A DNA stretch of 64,000 bases. It comes from Octopus sinensis. Its lineage: Eukaryota. Location of the stretch: positions 108,934,001-108,998,000 of the forward strand of contig NC_042998.1 in the NCBI RefSeq assembly GCF_006345805.1, given 5' to 3'. A program made the position numbers and the translations under genes. Below the pieces are notes generated by a model that was given only the letters and a program-made list of their open reading frames with translations, had not been told where the DNA came from and searched no databases. Within the stretch, counting starts at the first letter, position 1. Every line of letters starts with the position of its first letter. Below are positions 37,871-50,038 of the stretch, one piece after another.

Positions 37871-39937
37871 AGACATTTACGCAGCCTGCTTCCACATACA
37901 CATAGAAATATATGATATACAAACGCATACATACACACATGTATGCGCGTTTAAGTACACACACACACACACACATGAATATGAATATTTATATATATAT
38001 ATATATTTATATGAATATACGTGTATACGCACACATATATATTATATGCACGCACAAGTGCGTGTATGATTACAATAGCTTAGCTATCTCTATTGACACC
38101 AGCGTCTTTTATTTAACTATGTACCATTAAAATGACTGTCATTTCGTTCTTGCAATATACAATACCAAATACTCTCTACAAATAGTGTTTGATTATTACA
38201 ATTCAATTTCTAAAGAAAAAATATATATCTACGGTAACAAAAGAAAAAAAAACAAGAAACCAAAGCAAAAATCAACAAGAATGTTAAGAAAAGAAAATCA
38301 AAATTTCTTTTCATATTACTTTATTTACTCTTTTAAGAAATCATTATTTCATTTACTACTTAGTTGCATCCAATGTCTATTGTTCATATATTTCCCAACA
38401 GATCTGAAGTGATCTTTATATGCGATTTGACGTAAAAAACAAAATACAGTTTTAATGATTTATTGCTTCTTTTCCTCCATAATTTTTTTCATAACAAAGC
38501 TTTGTTTCTTTGAAATACATATTCCATTATTCCATTCCTTCGGGATCAGTGGTTTTGTTTCTTGAATGTTCCATGACATATTGTATGACGTTATTTTTAT
38601 AATTGTGATGTCGTTAACCAATTAAAGACTTTCTAATATTTGTATTACATTGCTATGCATCAAGGTACATATATACATACATTTATATACATGCGTATAT
38701 GAGTGTATATATAATATATACATATACAACCGTGTATGCATGTAAGTATACACGCGCGTCATACACAGATCTATACATGAACAAGGAAGATGAGAGAGAG
38801 AGAGAGAGCGAAAGAGAGAGAATGAGAGTCAAAGAGAGTGAAACTTGCAAGAATATATTTTTAGTAAAACACGTAAAAAGTTTCACTGAGAAAATCCTTA
38901 GCGTAGTTAGCGTACGTGCTTTTCACTTTCTGACCAGAAGAATACAAATCAACTCGACTAATCACTTAATGAGAGGTCGGTCTCCCATTTTGGTAAAACT
39001 ATCACTATTTGCCTGATCACTGATAGGGAGCAAATCGGTATATACACAAATTTTCAGCGGAGCTAAACACGTATGTTTAAAAAATATAAATATTCTCGTA
39101 AGTTTGACATCCATCTCTTCTTATAATAATGCCTGATGATACCCACATCCATTAATTATATACACTGCTAGCACTTACTGATATGCAGCCATTAATTATA
39201 TTCATGTTTAAATATACAGTAACTAGTTTTAAACTACTATTCTCGATTTTCATTATGAACATGGACTGCGAAAGTGTGGCCCATCGGTCCTTTCCAAATA
39301 ACGGATATTAAGAGAGCTACCGCACAGAGTACCTCGATGAATTATATCTATCAATATGGCTTTTATATAGCTATTCATGTTGTCTTCCTCTTAAAGTTAG
39401 ATCCAATGCATGAGTATAAAGGAAAGTCTGTTTCATGTGTGTGTGTTTGTGCGCGCGCGTCTAGAAAGGGTCAAGTCGTATTTATTGAATTTAGAATCTT
39501 AAGAAAAGATTAGGAGAGCAGTGAAAGGACAAAAATTAAATAGAATGCAGATAAAATAGAAAGGAAACATAATGAATTTTTTATTGTCCACAAGGGGTCA
39601 AGCAGTGAGTACTATATCAAAGGACGAAATACCTCATACACAACACAAAAAGTGGTGTTTGCATCGGTGCGTCAATTAAAAGGTGGAGACCAGGAAGTTT
39701 GAGGGACGAGTGTAGTCGATACCATTGACATCAGCACTTGACTGATGCATTATTTTCTCAATTCAGGAAGGATTGAATAAAAAACAATATGGCTCACGGT
39801 TTCTTGATCGCTACTCAGAAGACCTCAGGTCATCTACTTCATCAATCTCATTCCTGTCTTCGAAGAGAACTTAGAGCAAATAGCTATTTATAGCAAAACA
39901 CAAACTAGAACTTACAGGTCTTCTTTCTCTCTCTTTC

Positions 39938-40028
<91 letters not shown>

Positions 40029-40059
40029 TAATCCAAACAAGAAAGCACAAAAAAACACA

Positions 40060-40226
40060 ACAAGGCGAGGACGTGGAACATGTATAGTGTTATTGGACGC
40101 TCAGGAAAGAAGGAAAGAAGGAGGGTTTACCGTTTCGAGCGGAGCTCTTCGTCGGAAACATAGGAGAAGGAAAGATCCAGAGAAGGGAAGACAGAGGAAA
40201 AAAAATCGTCAACGGTACACACGAGG

Positions 40227-40230
<4 letters not shown>
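40060..40230 (-). mobile_element. Short PLE pLTR-like repeat with a minimal hammerhead-like motif (40125-40159)
   Basis: Minus strand reads gttt CCGACGA a gagc tcc gctc GAAAC GGT aaac; sits between (GA)n and (TA)n. Confidence 0.55.
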
Positions 40231-40260
<30 letters not shown>

Positions 40261-40567
40261 GCACATACTCATATATATATATACACACATACACATACTC
40301 ATGTACTCATATATACACACACATACACATACTCGTGAATTTATGTGTGTGTAGAGAGAGATAGTTAGATAGAGAGAGAAAGAAAGAATGAAAGGGAGAG
40401 GAGAAAGTGATGGAATGCGAAAGAAAGGTTAATTTTGTTCGAAGATGTGGTTTCACTCCATTGCTAATTCGAATGTTCAGTTACAGTTCAGTTTTTTAAA
40501 GCTATGTGCTGACGATAGGGCTAAACTGCAGCTTCGAAAAAATTAATGCTGTTCTTTATTACATATG

Positions 40568-40955
40568 GAATGGTTGTGTGGTAAAAAAACTTGCTTCTCA
40601 GCCACATGGTTCTTTGTTCAGTCCTACTGCATGGCACCTTGGTCGAGTGTGTTCTACTATGACCTCGAGCCGACCAAAGCCTTGCGAATGGATTTGGTAG
40701 GTGGAAACTGAAAGTAGCCCGTCGTATATATGTATATTTATATGCATCTATGTGTATCTGTCTTTGTCCCCAACCACCGCTTGACAACTGGTACTGTTAT
40801 ATCCATGTCCCCGTATCGGCAAAAGAAACCGATAGAATAAGTTACCAGGCTTAAAAATTAAGTACTGGGTCGATTCGTTCGACTAAAAAAATTATCTAAG
40901 TCGGTGCCCCAGCTTGGCTGCGGTCTAATGACTGAAACAAGAAAATAAATAAGAG
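40568..40955 (+). mobile_element. SINE family C, near-complete
   Basis: tRNA-like head, short internal TA/TG tract, tail ending cggtctaatgactgaaacaag. Confidence 0.85.
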
Positions 40956-41899
40956 AAAAGAAATATTGAGGGCTCTTTCTATAGTCCGTATACCCAAGCC
41001 AAGCTTAACTATATACATTCAGATATGCGCACATATATGTATTTGTGTTTATATCTGTATATCACACATAACTAAACGTCAAATAACAATCGAATAAGAA
41101 TTGCACATACAATACAGAAATGGATAACAAATAGAGACAGTATTATGTCGTACATGATTTGAGCTTTATCCAAGTTTTCGTCTCTAATGACATAAAATTA
41201 AAACACATTCTTTTTACTTTCTGGTTCGTTCTTTCTGCGAAGTAATTATGCTAGACATGAACCTACGCGGAAAATTTAAGGTCAGTAAGCTTGATTGAAT
41301 CATTCTAGACGAGTGATAGTGATTGTTTTGTGTGAATTTGTGGAGCCATTTTCTATCAGATGATGCCTGAGGGTTGTATTATAATTAGAAGACTAGAAAC
41401 TTTGCTCGGTGTAGTTGCCGCATCATAACGAAATTAGTTTAAATCATTAGATTTTCTATTTCTACACATCACATAAGCAATTGAATTATTTACTTTCAAT
41501 ATTAAAACATAATCATAGATGTTCAATATGTTTATGTCCGAACAATAATTACGCTCATATTTCCGAATGAACAAGCCTTTTCCATAAAATTTGGATATTA
41601 AATAAATTGCTCCTATTAATAGAGAAATATATTTTACCATTTGCATAAACATAAATCACACTTCTACTTGTGGTTGATCACTAAATTCATGATAACAATC
41701 TCCTTCGATTGTAGATGTTTTAATGGCTATGCACTACAACGTGTAGTTTTGGTTGCAGACATGTCATATAAATGTCTGGTTAGAGGAACTATACGTGCAG
41801 TCTTCTTTTCATGCTTTCTAGGAGTATTACTCAGCGCAATTTTTAATCTTTTATCCCCTCCAAAGCCAACTGTTTGTACGGACTTCCTGTACTATTGAT

Positions 41900-44340
41900 T
41901 GGTTGATGTTACCCCTCTTCAAAATCATCTTCAACTGATATTTTAACTGTTAGTCCTCCGACCAGGCGATGACCGTGTTTTAGCTAGCCGTTGAGCACTA
42001 CAATTTTCGGCTATCTAGATTCAATTCTACTACTGATGTTTCGGCGGGAAATTTTGTATTTGTAATGCTATCTTGTCAGGAGACTGAAATAATTTTCTGT
42101 AGGCACTGGATAGTATAGGCCTCGGAGACGTATGTAGTCAACATCTCTTACTCATACAGGGAAATGGAAACACATGCAAAAGGTTAGACACAAACCTTGG
42201 AATGGAGGGGGAATATAGTTGTTTAGAAAGACTCTCCTTAAACTTTGAGTTTCCTAAGAGTTATAGTCACCTATTTATTTTTATCTCAACGTGTGCATTA
42301 TTTAGAAATTAGGTTGCTGATGCTATGATTTGTGTGGGTGTAGATATGAACAGTCCGTTCTTTTATATGTTGTAACTTCTGCGTGACGACTTCCAGAGTG
42401 AGGTAACTGGGCACAGTCATCAGATGTTAAGAAAAATCCCGTTTCAGCTCTCCCATTGTAACGTGAGCTATCAGATTTGTATAACTGGTGTGGAAAATTC
42501 ACGAATTTTGGCGCACATCGAAGTTTTTTGAGAACATTCTACAAAAATTCTGCAGATTGTATTAAATACGTTCTGTGGATCCTGAAATCCAGTGAACGGA
42601 TTCTGATGCTCTTCTCAAGAAGCTGCGTGTAAAGATCATAATTACTATGCATTGGTCCCTGGGGACAATACTCCTATTGTCTGTGCAAGTATATTTGTCT
42701 CCTTTGTATTTGTAGATTTTGATAGTTTTTGTATCAATTTCGAGATATTTTCCAAGTTCCATACTTCAGTCATGTACAGACGAGCATTTTGTGCAACAGT
42801 GACCATCTCTCTTCATAATTTTTCTTGAAATATTTTCTGGTGCAGAACTTACCTGTTTTACAGTTTTAATGGTAGCACTAACTTCAGTCAAGTAAGATGT
42901 TCATGATGTTGGTGTATCCAAAGGTATTTTATAGAATTTATCCATAGCTGCTAGAAGAAATAGGCTTAGGAACTTAAAGAAGTATCTCCCAGACACTGTA
43001 TTAATTCAACTTTTAGAAAAAAAGTGATGACTTACTTTAAGTTGTGCATCAATTTTAGGGGCCATAAATTGTATCTATCATAAGTACGCGTTACGAAGAA
43101 CGGATATTTTTAGCATTACTTCTAAGAGCTTTTAACGAATGTGATGGGCGTTTGACTAGAATTGTTGTATAATTCTTGTGGATATATTTCTGGTGCTTGC
43201 CGATTTAGTCTTCGTGTCCCGAATCCGATATTTTTGGCAGTAGCGTTGATAACATGTGGACAACTTTCGAGAAAATGAGCGTCTCTGAAGCCGTCAGTCT
43301 AACAGCCGGAAATAACGGAAATTCTTACAAATATTACATTTGTTGTGCTTGCAACCACCAAGCTGCTCTTGAGTGGTGTAGGGAGAACTGTTGCAATTTA
43401 ATTTTTGTTGATACTATACGATCATCTTCCAAACACTCAGCTTTCTTAATTACACGTATATAGAAAGATATTGATGTCTACTGACGAGGCCATGGTGCAA
43501 TTGATACGATGCCAATGTTTGGATCACGGATACATCTATGACGTCTTTTATTCATTCTTTTGTAGGAAGGTGCGATCGTGTTCAGAACACATACAAATAT
43601 GTCTGCTGTATTGACTGTTAGATTTCCTGACGCCATGATCTACGTTCAGTCACTCTCAGATTATTTTAATTCTACCGTACTCTTTTATGAAATCAACCAT
43701 TAGAATGATTTTGTCTTCTGTTGGTATTTTATTTAGTTTCTGATTAAAGCGGTTGTCTTTTGACTATCACACAGCAGAGTTAATGCATTGGCATTCAGTA
43801 ACATAACATTGAAAGTCATTGCAAAATAAATACTTAATGACATTAACAGCTCAAAAATGCCAACCATTGTCGGTTGAGAAATTCTATGGCATGTTAGCGA
43901 TGTGTTTGCTCTAATAGGCCTTCCAGAATTTTTAGCCGTAGCTAACATTGTGAAGAGAATCTTCAGCAAATATTTTGGTTTCAATGAGTTTAGTAATAAT
44001 ATCTAAATCTCAGTTCACTGGTAAATGTGAGCCATTCAGCGCTCGTGCCTGTTTCTCAAGTGGGCTACATCAAGTATTGTCTGTATGTATATTCCATGTG
44101 ACTAATAGTATATTTTTGGTTTTATAAACGCTATTTAGAATTCCCTTACAGACGAGCCTTCCTGTCCAGGAACTAAGTCAGTGGAAAAGTTTTAGGCCAT
44201 ATTTCCTAGGCCCTTCTCCAATTGGTGTAACAGCGCGGCCTCTGGATAAAGCTGCTCAAAGGTAGTTCCACTGGCTACAACCGTTGCCCTATATCGCTGA
44301 AGTATGGAGTTCTCACTACAATTTGTATAATATTCATGCT
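41900..44340 (-). mobile_element. RTE-clade LINE, heavily degenerate (APE + RT)
   Basis: LNKIPTEDKIILMVDF, DHGVRKSN, MYP*SKHWHRIN (APE); IYKYKGDK..C.DNR, IVPRDQC..MIF, CAPKFVNF (RT); LRW-like tail near 41980. Confidence 0.82.
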
Positions 44341-45301
44341 CGCTTCTGTTTCGCTAAACTCTCCATTGACATCAAAGTTGCTAGAGATTCAAGATATGTC
44401 TTACATTTCAAATTATCAATAAAAAGAAAAGACCATCAATGTACTACGAAATTAATTTCCTAATCTACGTTGTTAATGCATGCTGTGTTATGCACAGTTC
44501 AGTCTACATTTAATTAGAAAATATCTGAGTAATGACGTTCTGTGGTATTGGTGATACGTCTTTCCAAGTATCGATATTTTCGCTGTGAGTGAGGTAGATC
44601 TAGGGGCAGAAAAATTTTTTAAATCTTACCTGTTGGGAAACTACTATCAAACTGACCCCCACAATTTGTTTTTATGCTAGGAAATATTTATGGTTTCAAT
44701 CACAAACAGCTAGAGCGCTTATCGACATGTATCAGGGTATATTCACCAGGGTAAAGCTGGAGCCCGGTACAATACCGACATGCCACACCATGCTACATGT
44801 TTTCATTCTTAATCTGTGAGTCTCTTCAATCATGTTAACCTGATACCCAACAACATAATATAACAAAAACACATTTAAAAGTGCACAGACGTACTTACAC
44901 ATAAAAACACACCTTAGCATACACACAAGTCTTCATGCTTGAGAAACTCTCTCTCTCTTAACTTTCCAATCCAATGAGATTCATTTCACTAAATACCTCT
45001 AACACATCGACAAGTTTCCGTCTGTCTTTAGGTTAGTGACTCACATCCGCCATTTATTCTGCTATTTCCCGATTTCTAACCCGATTCTCACTATATCAAG
45101 AAACATTCTTTTTCTTTTTCTTTCATCAATAATTTTAATTCTTTTGTGGTCTTAATGAAATTTTAATTCTTTTGTCTATCTTAATGAAATTCTTGTGACT
45201 TATCAGATTTCTCAAGAATGCCGAACATTTAACAGGTTGTCGTTGATTTTTACCAAATCCTTCACGGCTGTCATTTGTCCCCGTCTAAGCAGTAAATATT
45301 A

Positions 45302-45524
45302 CAGTAATCCCTCGTCATATCGCAGTTCACCTATCGCGATTTATTTTTTTAAGCTCGTGTCGATTCCTCCGTGGTGTTGGTTTGCATTTATAATAAAATA
45401 AATATATCCAAATTATAAAAATAATGGAAAAAATGTACAGTACAGCACTGTTTTTACTTCGCAGATTTTCGCCTATCGTGGGAGGTTTTGGAACGTAATA
45501 CCCGAGAGAGTCGAGGGATAACTG
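45302..45524. mobile_element. Tigger/pogo-like MITE
   Basis: TA|cagtaatccctcg ... cgagggataactg terminal inverted repeats. Confidence 0.72.
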
Positions 45525-46814
45525 AATCTCAATTTCTCTGTGTATAATTATTTATTTGGTCATACTAAAAGAATTCTTATTATACCATCTTTAAAATTTA
45601 TCGAACTTTCATTCATTCACCACAATATAATTTTTGATTTTCTGGCTCAAATAAATGACAATCCTATCAAATATTAACCCACAAAATTTGTTAAATGTTA
45701 TCTGCTGCATTAGTTTCATTTCATGCCAATTTCATTCACTTTATGACTATCTTTTATGAACCCTTCCTTAATCTGTGCCTTTCCTTCGGATATTTTTATC
45801 TGTCCCAAATTATCATGTTCTTTTCGCCAATCCCCTAAATTTGCATGATCTTGAAAATAACTCCGGTTTGGCCTACCGTTTTTCCCTTTACCTCTGAGAT
45901 GGACCACTAGCCTTCACTATAATTAAATCATTAATTGATTACTCCTTCGTTTTCCTATTCAAGCGCATTTCAAGTGATTAGTCACGTGCGTGAGCGTATG
46001 CATCGACCACATATTTACACAAACACATACTCATGCATGCATAAATACATGTGTACAAATGAAAAACAGACAGAACATTCAAAGCGTATAGTGAACATGA
46101 AATATTTAGATTAACAGTTTCATTCAGAACTTTTATAAACGTTGAAACTTGCTTCATCCTCCAAGCGCTTTCATCTGAATATATGGGTATACACAAAGGC
46201 GCGCACTATACGCATTCACGCACCCAAACACGTGTATGCGTATATAGTGCTACGATAAAGTGTATCCTCTAAAATCTGTGAGGTAGATTTAATTCTATGG
46301 ACATTCAATCTTAGAAAACAAAGTAAAAATGAAACGCATGAGCGAGGCATATCCCTTCGAGCCCCTTGAAGAGCTGTAATTCCGAATAAGAAATGACTTG
46401 GACGGTGATGATCTATTCAACCCGTGGCAACACGGAAAACGAGCGTTAAATGATATGATGATAACATGCATGTACGCGTGTGATAGACTACGCATGCGCA
46501 CATGCAAATATACAGAGAAAGAGAGAGAAACTGTGTGTGTGTGTGCGTGAGAGAGAGAGGGGGAAGAGAGAGAGAGGAAGAGCGAGAGCGAGCGAGAGAG
46601 AGAGAAATGGAGGCATTCTTTTCGAAACAAATTTGATTTAAAACTCTGAAATTAAGTAGGTAGACTATGGAAATTCTCTCGACACTAAGTATAATGTCGA
46701 ATAAAATGTAAACCAAACAATTTAATTTTTATTTCAGTAAGACGTTAAAATCATTTTTATTCACAAAACGCAATATATTGAATTGCCTTTGTCTATTTGA
46801 CAAAGTTTTGTACG

Positions 46815-47050
46815 TACGTATGCATGTATGTATGTATGTATGTATGTATGTATGTATGTATGTATGTATGTATGTATGCATGTATGTATGTATGTATGTA
46901 TGTATGTATGTATGTATGTATGTATGTATGTATGTATGTATGTACGTATGTACATAAATCCTTGTAAGAATCTAGGTACGTATATATGCATGAATGCTTG
47001 CATATATGTATGTGCAGTATGTTTTCTTACGTATGTATGTATGTATGTAT
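46815..47050. repeat. (TATG)n microsatellite, partly degenerate
   Basis: Direct reading. Confidence 0.95.
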
Positions 47051-47051
47051 G

Positions 47052-47735
47052 TATAAGATGGGCTGGCCACATTGTTCAAATGGCGGATGAACGCATACTC
47101 AAATAGTTGTTTTATGACGAACATACAGAAGGAAAACGCAATCAGTGTAAACCTAAAAAGAGATTTAAGGACTGGATAAGGACTAACTTGAGGTTACTTG
47201 GAATGGAACCGAAGGTCATAGAAACTCTTGCTTTGGATTGACCTGGGTGTGGAGTGGAGGAAAAGCTTCTGAAGAAACCAGGATGACCCACGCGTAACTC
47301 CAAAGAAATCTTTTTAAAAAATGTTAATGACAACAAGAAAATAAACCCCAACCACCTTTTAGTGTGTACAATTTGTGTCAAACCATACCCTTCTTTTGCT
47401 GGGCTCAAATGTCATTTGCAGACCCATGAAAAATGAACCTTCACCAATTTCTCTGCCTATCTATCTGTGTATACCTGTCAATGCTATGAATGCCGTAAGG
47501 TCTGCAAATCTAACGAAGGCCTCAAAATACATTTTAAGATCCACAAAGATCAGAACTTAACTGCTACTCTTGGTGGTCTAAATCAGATATGCAATTTATG
47601 TGGGTGTCCTTTCAGAGCATTTTCTGGTCTAAAAAGCCACATCAAACGAGACGATAGATCTAAGGTGTTGATACAAGAGGTGGTCAACTCTGCATAAGGA
47701 ATAGATGACCACCATGTATGTATGTATGTTATATT
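47052..47735 (+). mobile_element. RTE-clade LINE 3' end with three tandem C2H2 zinc fingers and an (ATGT)n tail
   Basis: IRWAGHIVQMADERILK.LFY..HTEGKR..KPKKRFKD, then CTICVKPYPSFAGLKCHLQTH, CYECRKVCKSNEGLKIHFKIH and CNLCGCPFRAFSGLKSHIKRD. Confidence 0.85.
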
Positions 47736-48180
47736 TGCGTATATTTGTGTGTGTGTGTGGGGGGGGGGCAAACGCGTTTCAATGGCGCACGCATATTATA
47801 TTGTTCTCGTGAATGTAGAAGAATTTCTTCTGTATGAAGCTTCAGGAATTAGAAATGTACTGGAAATTATTCTAAATATTTCATAAGAATACTCTTGTCA
47901 AAACAGTCTATCGCTACAATATAGTAATTTCTCTAAAATTCCGGACCATTCAAACAGACTTTGAATTTTGATTTAATACATTTATATCTGTCTATTTCGT
48001 ATTTCTACGACTATGTTGACTCGTACTTGTTTTTACCGCAATTCCTTGCTCTATTGCTTATCTTCCTGCTAGTTTAATTTCTAATAATTGTTTTATTCTC
48101 GGCATTTCTAAACAAAATATTAGATTCTCTTATTGAATTGTGTTATGACAATTTATTGTACTGCAGCTTTGTGAAGTATA

Positions 48181-48426
48181 TTCTTTTACTCTTTTACTTC
48201 TTTCAGTCATTTGACTGTGGCCATGCTGGAGCACCCCCTTTAATCGAGCAAATCGACCCTAGGACTTATTCTTTGTAAGCCTAGTACTTATTCTATCGGT
48301 CTATTTTGCCGAACCGCCACGTTACGGGGCGTAAACACACCAGCATCGGTTGTCAAGTGATGTTTGGGGGGGGGAAACACAGGCGCACGCATACATACAC
48401 ACACAAACACACACACACACACACAC

Positions 48427-48477
<51 letters not shown>

Positions 48478-48638
48478 GACAGGCTTCTTTCAGTTTCCGT
48501 CTACCAAATCCACTCACAAGGCTTTGGTCGGCCCGAGGCTATAGTAGAAGACACTTGACCAAGGTGCCACGCAGTGGGACTGAACCCAGAACCATGTGGT
48601 TCATAAGCAAGCTATTTACCACACAGCCACTCCTACGT
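48181..48638 (-). mobile_element. SINE family C, complete
   Basis: Reverse complement of the 40568 copy with a longer internal (CA)n(TA)n tract. Confidence 0.88.
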
Positions 48639-49831
48639 CCTATGTTGATATTCTGTGTAGTTGACAATAGAAAATAATGAAGAGGAGTGGAAGTGTAGGA
48701 GGAAAACTGAAATAGAGAAGGATAGAGTCGAAAACCCTAATGTAGTGTTCCATTAATTCATATCTCCGGTTCTGATCAGAATTTCAGTTTCATCAGATTT
48801 CGAACTAATTTGGATAAACAATTACACTTCTACTGTCGTGTCACCTTTATCCAAATATTGTGTCAGGTTGACATCTAACCGATTTTAGCACATTAGCTAT
48901 TACTGGTATTATCACCCTTTCATATTTCAACACCACTGTCATCATTATTATTAACAGCATAAGAACAAAAAAAAATAACATCAACGACATCTAGTTGAAC
49001 ATATATTTTCGTATATTACAAGAACAATTCATATATTGCATGAATAATCCACTATGTGAGTATAACATAATGTATTTATATAAACACATTAGATGCTTTT
49101 TTATGCTTTATGATGTGTAGCAAGATTCCAAATGATAGCAAAAGTTGGTTACCTTTAAAATCTGAGAGTAAATTAGTTGATTCAATATATGTCTCTGTTA
49201 TGTGATAATACTGAACAGAACAGAGTACATGGAATACTCTGATACATTTAATGCTGCTTACAAGATATATTTGCCATCAGCTATCTAGATATTAGGAATA
49301 TTAGAGGAAAGATAAAATTCGTCTTATTCTTTAAATTTTTTTACTTTGACTTAATTTTTGTTTTCGGTTTTCTTGTGCAAACTTCTCCATATTTTAGGTG
49401 GAAAACATACTTAACATGGCATGAGCAAAAATATTTTAATCTCCTAAAATTATACCTCTGGGGAATAGTTAATGCTAGCAAAGAAAAGCGAAGGAAACGA
49501 TTCCAAAATCTCACTTAATTAAAAATTGAATAGGGACATGCAGCGAGCGATGAAACTAGATATGATATCTGACTCGGTCAAGGTTAGTAGCCTGACAATC
49601 AAGTAGTACTTGATTAAGCGTAAAAATATTTCTTAATTAGTTATTTTTTTTCAATTTCATTTCTATAATACAGTTAGCAATTAAGAAACCTTGCAGTGTA
49701 TACTAATTACAGCTAAGAAATCCAATATTCTGTCTTTCTTTCTCCCACCTTTCTCGCACCCTCTCTTCTCTTTTAATTCTCCCTTATTTATTGCTTAACA
49801 TATTATACAAGATGAATTAGGCAAGACGAAT

Positions 49832-50038
49832 AATCCTTTCTACTAAAGGCACAAGGCCTTTCGAAGTTTTGAGGTCGATTATATCGACCTCAATACGCAA
49901 CTGGTACTTATTTCCTCGACCCCGCAAGGATGAAAGGCAAAGTCGACCTTGGCGGAATTTGAACCCAGAACGTAAAGGCTGACGAAATGCCGCTAAGCAT
50001 TTTGCCCGGCATGCTAAAGTGTTTGCCAGCTTGCCGCC
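49832..50038 (-). mobile_element. SINE family A
   Basis: aaggatgaaaggcaaagtcgaccttggcggaatttgaacccagaacg...ccagcttgccgcc. Confidence 0.87.

Noticed and set aside
42845-42960. Minus-strand CAG|GTAAGT donor with an upstream acceptor
   Set aside because: It is inside the RTE remnant, with stops in all three frames.
48765-48800. CTGATGA-AAACT-GAAA on the minus strand
   Set aside because: No stem II and no UH cleavage site.
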